The notes under the pieces were generated by a model, which did no database searches, was not told where the DNA came from, and saw only the letters and a program-made list of their open reading frames with translations. Shown piece by piece: positions 59,243-64,000 of a stretch of 64,000 nt of DNA. This stretch comes from a virus: the IMG/VR virus record IMGVR_UViG_3300044712_002699, positions 16,744-80,743 of that record; one strand, 5' to 3'. Within the stretch, counting starts at the first letter, position 1, and the number at the start of each line of letters is the position of its first letter. Made by a program: the position numbers and the translations under genes.

Positions 59243-59872
59243 TTACTTATCTCCGCCCGGATACATCTCTTGAAGGGTCTGGTTCCAGCCAAACGTCACT
59301 GTAGCAGCCTTTTCCTTCTTAGGTTTAGGAGCCGCCTCGTAGGGCTTCCCGTATATGACTGTATAGACTTCGACAGGAATTTGTCGATGGTACTTTCGGA
59401 GCAGTTGGAACCCTACCCACGCTTGTTTGTAGGTTAGAGACTCCCGTAGGGCAAGCTCATGACCCAGACCGGCATCGTGCGCGTTGAACCCGGCATAATC
59501 GCGAGCCCATGCTCCGTCACACATCCCTGCCAGACTTTTCAGTGTTTTATGAATAGCAGAAACCTGTTCCTCAGACAGCGCGTTGTTCTTTTTCGTGCCA
59601 GCCGCCATTGCAGCCCGAACTGTCTCGATTTCCTTTTCCGTAAGAGCGCGCATCTCCTTCACCGCGTCAGGGGTTTTAGCAAACGCCTTCTCTAGACGAT
59701 CCCGGCACGTTTCATCTGCAAACATGTAAAGAAAACAAGCAACTCCTTCCCAGGGAGTGTGCCAAATCTTGCGCTCTCCATCCCATGTCCACTTGCCGCA
59801 CCGCTTAACGAGTTCCTTATCTTCGAAACGGCACTTGACCTCGAATTCGGTTCCGTTAAACGTCAATCTCAT
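59243..59872 (-). CDS. Two-domain protein: DUF5710-like N-terminus plus a C-terminal CDGA...DxxGFNxxD domain
   Basis: FEDKELVKRCGKWTWDGERKIWH and LAGMCDGAWARDYAGFNAHDAGLGHELA...LTYKQ...LLRKYHRQI. Start 59872 after GGAGG. Confidence 0.65.
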   Translation of the reverse strand: MRLTFNGTEFEVKCRFEDKELVKRCGKWTWDGERKIWHTPWEGVACFLYMFADETCRDRLEKAFAKTPDAVKEMRALTEKEIETVRAAMAAGTKKNNALSEEQVSAIHKTLKSLAGMCDGAWARDYAGFNAHDAGLGHELALRESLTYKQAWVGFQLLRKYHRQIPVEVYTVIYGKPYEAAPKPKKEKAATVTFGWNQTLQEMYPGGDK

Positions 59873-59906
59873 TGCCTGCACCTCCAATTCCGTTTTATCT
59901 ATAATC

Positions 59907-59935
59907 ATAATACCATACGCGCACCCCTTTGTCAA
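59907..59935 (-). promoter_or_regulatory. Sigma70-like promoter with extended -10, divergent from the ncRNA promoter
   Basis: Minus strand TTGACA-N17-TATTAT, preceded by TATGG. Confidence 0.8.
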
Positions 59936-60051
59936 GTAAAATCTTTTTACCCAAAAAATTTTCTTTTTTCGTCTCCAAACGGAAAAATTTAATAGATAAA
60001 TATCCGTTTTTACTTAACAAAAAGAAAAATTCTTTTACGATTAAAAAAGTC

Positions 60052-60080
60052 TTGACAACAAATCCATTTTGAACTATCTT
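60052..60080 (+). promoter_or_regulatory. Sigma70-like promoter for the putative large ncRNA
   Basis: TTGACA (60052-57), 17 bp spacer, TATCTT (60075-80), A-rich upstream region. Predicted +1 near 60087 coincides with the first hairpin. Confidence 0.65.
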
Positions 60081-60086
60081 CTAACT

Positions 60087-61180
60087 ATCGGACAGTTCGA
60101 GAGGTTGTTCGATGTGAGACTCAGAGAGGGATTCGCAAATCCCTGGACGAGCCTGCTGTTAAGGAGACGTTATTAGCAGCGGGGGCTTTGAGGAGAGGGA
60201 ACTCAAATCAAGGCTAGATTGGCATAGGGCTTAGACGAGGTGAAGGCTCGAACCTGCCTCTACATCAAAGCCGCCAGAGAATACGTCAGGCTTCGACTAA
60301 TCGAGGCTATAATAGAACCAACAAGGAAGGGTCAGGTTTAGATAGATAAGCGGAAGATAGGGACTTTTGATCTAGAAACCCTAAGACCTGGATGAGAAGT
60401 GAAGCCCAAAAGGCAGAACGGCCACTCAAAAGGGTAGCGGGGAATCCGGAGATAGGGAAACAAAAAGAAGTGAGTCTATCGAGTCTAGGCAATTCCGAGA
60501 AGGCAACTAGGTAGCGCAGAAGAAATCGAAGAGCCGTATCCCGAAAGGATATCTTGGCGGAATTCAACGGCGTATGATGTAGGGTAAACCTTAAACGCGG
60601 TAAGCAGGGACACCAGCCGGTGTGTGGTTCAGTTTTAGTGTCGATAGACTGAGCCCACCAGCCACACTAAGACCCTTCTAGGACTCTGGTCTAATAAGCC
60701 AGAGCAGGACAAAAACGGGGTTCACGACCCCTTCACTAGCGGCACTGCCGGATCGGGGATGTCCTTCCCGCCAGAGCCGGTTAATAGTGATAAAACCTGA
60801 TCGCAGATCGGGGATCGTTCCTAGAAGGTGATACTGGTGAATCCGGCCAGAAGATGAGAGTCTTCGGTTCTATTGCCAAGCAGTTGGGTAGCAACCAACT
60901 GTGGTGTCTCAGCGGGGTGCTGAGACCTCTGAGGCTTCGCTATGACGAACAACCGGAAGTGGGAGTAATCGTAGGCCACGAGACCTCCCACTTTTCTCCA
61001 CCCTCAAGGAGAACACTCTCTGGGGTAAGAGTCCTTGAGGAATTTCAGTGATTGCTCGTTATCGAGAATGCCCTATAGGATCACTGGTTATGTTATCGGC
61101 CTAAAAACAATGGAAAATACTACAGCCTAATTTAGTGGGCCGTACTATATACCCAGATGTTCTAAGGGATGTCTGGGTTG
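60087..61180 (+). ncRNA. Putative large structured non-coding RNA (~0.9-1.1 kb; GOLLD/ROOL size class, family unassigned)
   Basis: No credible ORF in an otherwise gene-dense genome. More than 15 hairpins, long-range helices 60117-23/60471-77 and 60674-83/60819-28, GNRA loops, G-U pairs consistent with the + strand, own promoter and a terminal hairpin. Confidence 0.7.
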
Positions 61181-61184
61181 TTGT
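61151..61184 (+). terminator. Candidate terminator hairpin closing the ncRNA unit
   Basis: ACCCAGATGTTC-TAAG-GGATGTCTGGGT (12 bp, three G-U) followed by TGTTGT. An alternative hairpin plus T-run lies at 60957-60995. Confidence 0.5.
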
Positions 61185-61206
61185 GTCTACAGGGTCAAAA
61201 ATTCTC

Positions 61207-61235
61207 TTGACAACCCAATAGAAATGAGATAGATA
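61207..61235 (+). promoter_or_regulatory. Sigma70-like promoter
   Basis: TTGACA at 61207-12 with a weaker -10 (TAGATA) at 17 bp, upstream of an AGGAGG RBS. Confidence 0.45.
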
Positions 61236-61264
61236 GAAATATTGGGACAACAGGAGGATAAACA

Positions 61265-61753
61265 ATGGAAGACCTCAAGACACGGTTTCTAGCCTTGGTC
61301 AATCTCTACGGACACCAATGGAACATCATTTCCGGCATCCTTACCAAAGAGGGTTATAAGACCCCCAACGGTTCCAAAATTTGGTCAAATAACTGCGCCC
61401 GAAAGTTCTACAATCGAACCCTCAGGACAGATAAATCACCCTACGATCACCGGTCAATTCTTCCGGGTATCGGTTCTGTGAAACCCGTTAAGGGCTACGT
61501 TGACTGGTGGAATAGGACGCGACGACCCGAGGGTGAAGAGATAGATCGAAAACCAATTCTTAATGGTCGAAGACAAAAAATCGGGCCGAGAGTGAACGTC
61601 AATCTTTTGAATCTCGTTAAGAAGCAAATGAAGGAAGACGGAATTCTTGACCAGAACAATCTGTCGGCACTAGTTGAGTTTCTCCTTTTCCGGTACGCGG
61701 GTTCACCTGAAAGTCTGATGAGACCGGAAGAGATGCAAGCGGAGACATTCTAG
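61265..61753 (+). CDS. Putative DNA-binding protein (recombinase-type motif plus RHH-like domain), same architecture as 31071..31652
   Basis: ISGILTKEGYKTPNGSKIWS and PRVNVNLLNLVKKQMKE...NLSALVEFLLFRY. Confidence 0.6.
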   Translation: MEDLKTRFLALVNLYGHQWNIISGILTKEGYKTPNGSKIWSNNCARKFYNRTLRTDKSPYDHRSILPGIGSVKPVKGYVDWWNRTRRPEGEEIDRKPILNGRRQKIGPRVNVNLLNLVKKQMKEDGILDQNNLSALVEFLLFRYAGSPESLMRPEEMQAETF

Positions 61754-61754
61754 C

Positions 61755-62165
61755 CTAGTCCAATTCTTTTACCATATCCTGTACGTCCTTAAAGGCTTCG
61801 CGAACCTGACTCTGAGTTACACAGAGTCGGTTTGTGACGTCTGCAATATCCAAATCTCCGCGCTCCACGAGCTTGCGGAATAACTGCTGGAGGTGACGCT
61901 CCTTTTTCAGATCGTACTTTTCGATAAGTTGCTCATTACTCAGCCCCTCGTTCAAGTCCTTAAGAAATCCTTTTCGGTCAATAGACCTGTGAACCTTTTT
62001 CTTAACTTCCGCCATTTCTTTCAGAACGCGCCTTACCTGTAACTTCAGGATAGCAAGAGATTTCTTACTAGATATTGAATACTTCTTCAGTAATTCGTCA
62101 TCACTGACTCCGTTTGACACGTCTTCTGCAAATTGGACGGCGACGCGTCCGGCTAGTCGGGACAT
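61755..62165 (-). CDS. Small helical protein with a duplicated D...G.S...L..KY motif (family recalled from Desulfomonile-type genomes)
   Basis: EDVSNGVSDDELLKKYSI and KDLNEGLSNEQLIEKYDL...LQQLFRKLVERG. AGGAG RBS. Confidence 0.65.
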   Translation of the reverse strand: MSRLAGRVAVQFAEDVSNGVSDDELLKKYSISSKKSLAILKLQVRRVLKEMAEVKKKVHRSIDRKGFLKDLNEGLSNEQLIEKYDLKKERHLQQLFRKLVERGDLDIADVTNRLCVTQSQVREAFKDVQDMVKELD

Positions 62166-62207
62166 CTCTTCTCCTGCAAAAATTTACCATAATTCTGCAA
62201 AAAATAC

Positions 62208-62236
62208 TTGACATTATGGTAATGGTATGGTATTAT
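62208..62236 (+). promoter_or_regulatory. Sigma70-like promoter with extended -10
   Basis: TTGACA-N17-TATTAT, preceded by TATGG. Confidence 0.8.
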
Positions 62237-62265
62237 GTATCTAGGTAGAAACAAAGAGGGCTTAG

Positions 62266-63105
62266 ATGAAAGACGCATTAGAGACAGGAGCAGCAATGAC
62301 TCAAGAAAAAATCCATGTGTGGGAAGCTGTTGGACACGGAAAAGCCCCGTTTCGTCTCGTCGGCGTCATTTCTTTTCCCGGGTCTGGACTAGCAGAAGCC
62401 AATGTTGATGCCTACAATAACGCGCTGCGAGAAGTGTCTCAGTTAAGCCAAGCCTACGGTGTTACCGGGCACCTCGGTATCTGCGACGTCTGCGGTCACG
62501 AGCTTATGAACAACTACGTTATCCGTTCCAAAGACGGCAAAACCTTTGTCGTTGGTTCCGAGTGTGTTCTAAAAAGCGGAGATGGCGGTCTTGTCGAGAG
62601 GGTAAAACTGGAGGAACGGAAGAGGCGCAAAGCAAAGGAAAATGAAAAGCGACGACTCCAGTGGGAGGCGGAGACCCCTCTCCGAGAGGCTAAAGATAGA
62701 GTTTGTAGAGAAATACAGGATAGAAAAAGAGAGATCGAAAAGGAACTCTCCCAAGTAATCTTGGCAGAGAATACTTGGTTCATTGAGGTATTGACTACAA
62801 TAAACGGCGACTTTGCTGCCAGTCTTGCCGAAGACCTAAGGCACAAATCAATGGGTGACCTCTCAGAGAAGTGTCTCACTATCTGTGGAGAAATCTACGC
62901 CAAACACATCGCGGGGAGTCGTAAAAATAAGACTCAGTACTATGATGCCTTCGATGAGTTCTTTAGGCGAAAAAGACAAAGTGCAAATACTGTTCAAGAA
63001 AAGAGAACTGAGGCATGGGAACAGGAACGGATGCTTGATGAAGAGTACAGACAGAGATGTAAAAAACTAGAGAAAGAGTTTATTGAAAGGGGCGTTATAG
63101 AATGA
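62266..63105 (+). CDS. Hypothetical phage protein with a zinc-binding motif and coiled coil
   Basis: GHGKAPFRLVG...CDVCGHEL...FVVGSECVLK, then a charged helix. Confidence 0.7.
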   Translation: MKDALETGAAMTQEKIHVWEAVGHGKAPFRLVGVISFPGSGLAEANVDAYNNALREVSQLSQAYGVTGHLGICDVCGHELMNNYVIRSKDGKTFVVGSECVLKSGDGGLVERVKLEERKRRKAKENEKRRLQWEAETPLREAKDRVCREIQDRKREIEKELSQVILAENTWFIEVLTTINGDFAASLAEDLRHKSMGDLSEKCLTICGEIYAKHIAGSRKNKTQYYDAFDEFFRRKRQSANTVQEKRTEAWEQERMLDEEYRQRCKKLEKEFIERGVIE

Positions 63106-63617
63106 GCAGTTTGTCAAACGAAATGCTTGCGGAGATTCAGGGCCGTCTCAATGAAGCAGGTTACGTTCTGACCGAAACAAATCACGACTTGCGATTCGTA
63201 AAAGATGGATTGGGCTCGATTAAAATCAAGGTATATCCTGATTGGATAGAAGTCTCCGGTGGAGACTATCCGACCTTTGATGGAGTCGGCAGACGCCCAA
63301 GAGAAACATATCGATTGTCCCTGAAACCGCGCACTGTAGGGAAACGAATCGTGGATCAAATCGTTACGCCCCACGAAGAAGTCTACAAGGTAGCGCTGGC
63401 TAGAAAGATGTTCGAGATGTCGATGGACGATTTGGTAGCGGAAACTAAGGAGGCCCTAGGCGATCTCGGTAAGAAAATCAGTATCCGGTGGAGTGACAAT
63501 CTTCACAGAGGCGAAGTCCGGTTCACGATAGGGCTAGAAAGAGAGGCTTATGGGGGTCTCTCAATAGATGAATGGGCCACTGCCGCGGAAGTTCTTCAAA
63601 AATATCTCAAAAAGTGA
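63102..63617 (+). CDS. Hypothetical protein
   Basis: 171 aa, ATGA-coupled. Confidence 0.65.
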   Translation: MSSLSNEMLAEIQGRLNEAGYVLTETNHDLRFVKDGLGSIKIKVYPDWIEVSGGDYPTFDGVGRRPRETYRLSLKPRTVGKRIVDQIVTPHEEVYKVALARKMFEMSMDDLVAETKEALGDLGKKISIRWSDNLHRGEVRFTIGLEREAYGGLSIDEWATAAEVLQKYLKK

Positions 63618-63625
63618 GGTAACTG

Positions 63626-64000
63626 ATGTACGAGATGAGCCGCGAAGAAATAGATAGGATTATGAACCTCTCCGACGAGGAAAGGGAACGAGCCATTAAT
63701 GACCATCGCCGAAAAGCAGAGGATTATGAAAGAGGGTTCAACATCGGAAAATCCCTCGCCGATCTTCCATGTCCGGCTCGCAGCAGCGATCCCGCGATAC
63801 GGGGTTTCTTGGATGCCATTGACCGCCAACACAGAACTCACCAACAAAACATCTTTAGGGTCATTTACCTGACGTGTAAGATGTGGGCAGCGAACAAGAA
63901 AAAGGGCGGGGGCTGGTATGATGCCAGAAACGAAGCAGCAGTGGAAGGCTCAGAAAGGATTGTAAAAGTCCTCGATGACCTCCCGATCCCTTATATCTGA
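63626..64000 (+). CDS. Hypothetical protein
   Basis: 124 aa with GAGG RBS; HRTHQQ...YDARNEAA. Confidence 0.65.
   Translation: MYEMSREEIDRIMNLSDEERERAINDHRRKAEDYERGFNIGKSLADLPCPARSSDPAIRGFLDAIDRQHRTHQQNIFRVIYLTCKMWAANKKKGGGWYDARNEAAVEGSERIVKVLDDLPIPYI

Noticed and set aside
60531-60560. GAGCCGTATCCCGAAAGGATATCTTGGC resembles the start of group II intron domain V
   Set aside because: The 3' arm lacks the AC bulge and CGGTTC complement. There is no domain VI/AY end, no interrupted gene and no RT ORF.
60307-61051. ORFs 60307..60567 (-) and 60854..61051 (+) in the ORF track
   Set aside because: Short, with no convincing RBS or motifs, and they overlap dense RNA stems. They are more likely incidental.
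60087-61180. tRNA, tmRNA or RNase P identity for the structured region
   Set aside because: No cloverleaf with GTTCRA T-loop and CCA end, no tmRNA termini, and no GAGGAAAGTCC RNase P signature seen.
1214-63847. Numerous 60-165 aa ORFs antisense to or nested within long genes
   Set aside because: Shadow ORFs of well-supported genes, lacking RBS and motifs.
1-64000. CRISPR array or diversity-generating retroelement
   Set aside because: No regularly spaced DNA direct repeats, no cas or reverse transcriptase gene, and no TR/VR pair noticed. The repeats are diverged protein-level repeats.

Overview
This window looks like part of a large (probably jumbo) tailed-phage genome with T4-like head morphogenesis. 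The host is probably an anaerobic Desulfobacterota-type bacterium, inferred from two small protein families. Bases 1-27250 form a minus-strand operon of giant repeat-built structural proteins (4329 aa, 1661 aa, >1420 aa running off the window edge, a 907 aa Kelch protein) with a GT2 glycosyltransferase embedded. Bases 27.3-59.9 kb hold an NAD-dependent DNA ligase, a Pol-beta-family nucleotidyltransferase, two paralogous double-HNH endonucleases, a 1488 aa PcfJ-repeat/ankyrin protein, a T4 gp20-like portal and the large terminase. The same stretch has ClpP, YqeY, spermidine synthase, a PyrD-like enzyme, methionine aminopeptidase and many small ORFs. Two signals stand out. (1) An ~1.0-1.1 kb region at 60087-61180 lacks credible ORFs, has its own promoter and is packed with hairpins and long-range helices, consistent with a large structured ncRNA. 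(2) About 13-16 mostly unrelated proteins around the head genes share an N-terminal leader (M-x-[TSKR]-[AS]-[KRNQ]-x-[IVL]-[ILF]...E|A/S) resembling a T4-type capsid-targeting, prohead-protease-cleaved signal. All calls come from reading motifs by eye; no searches were run.
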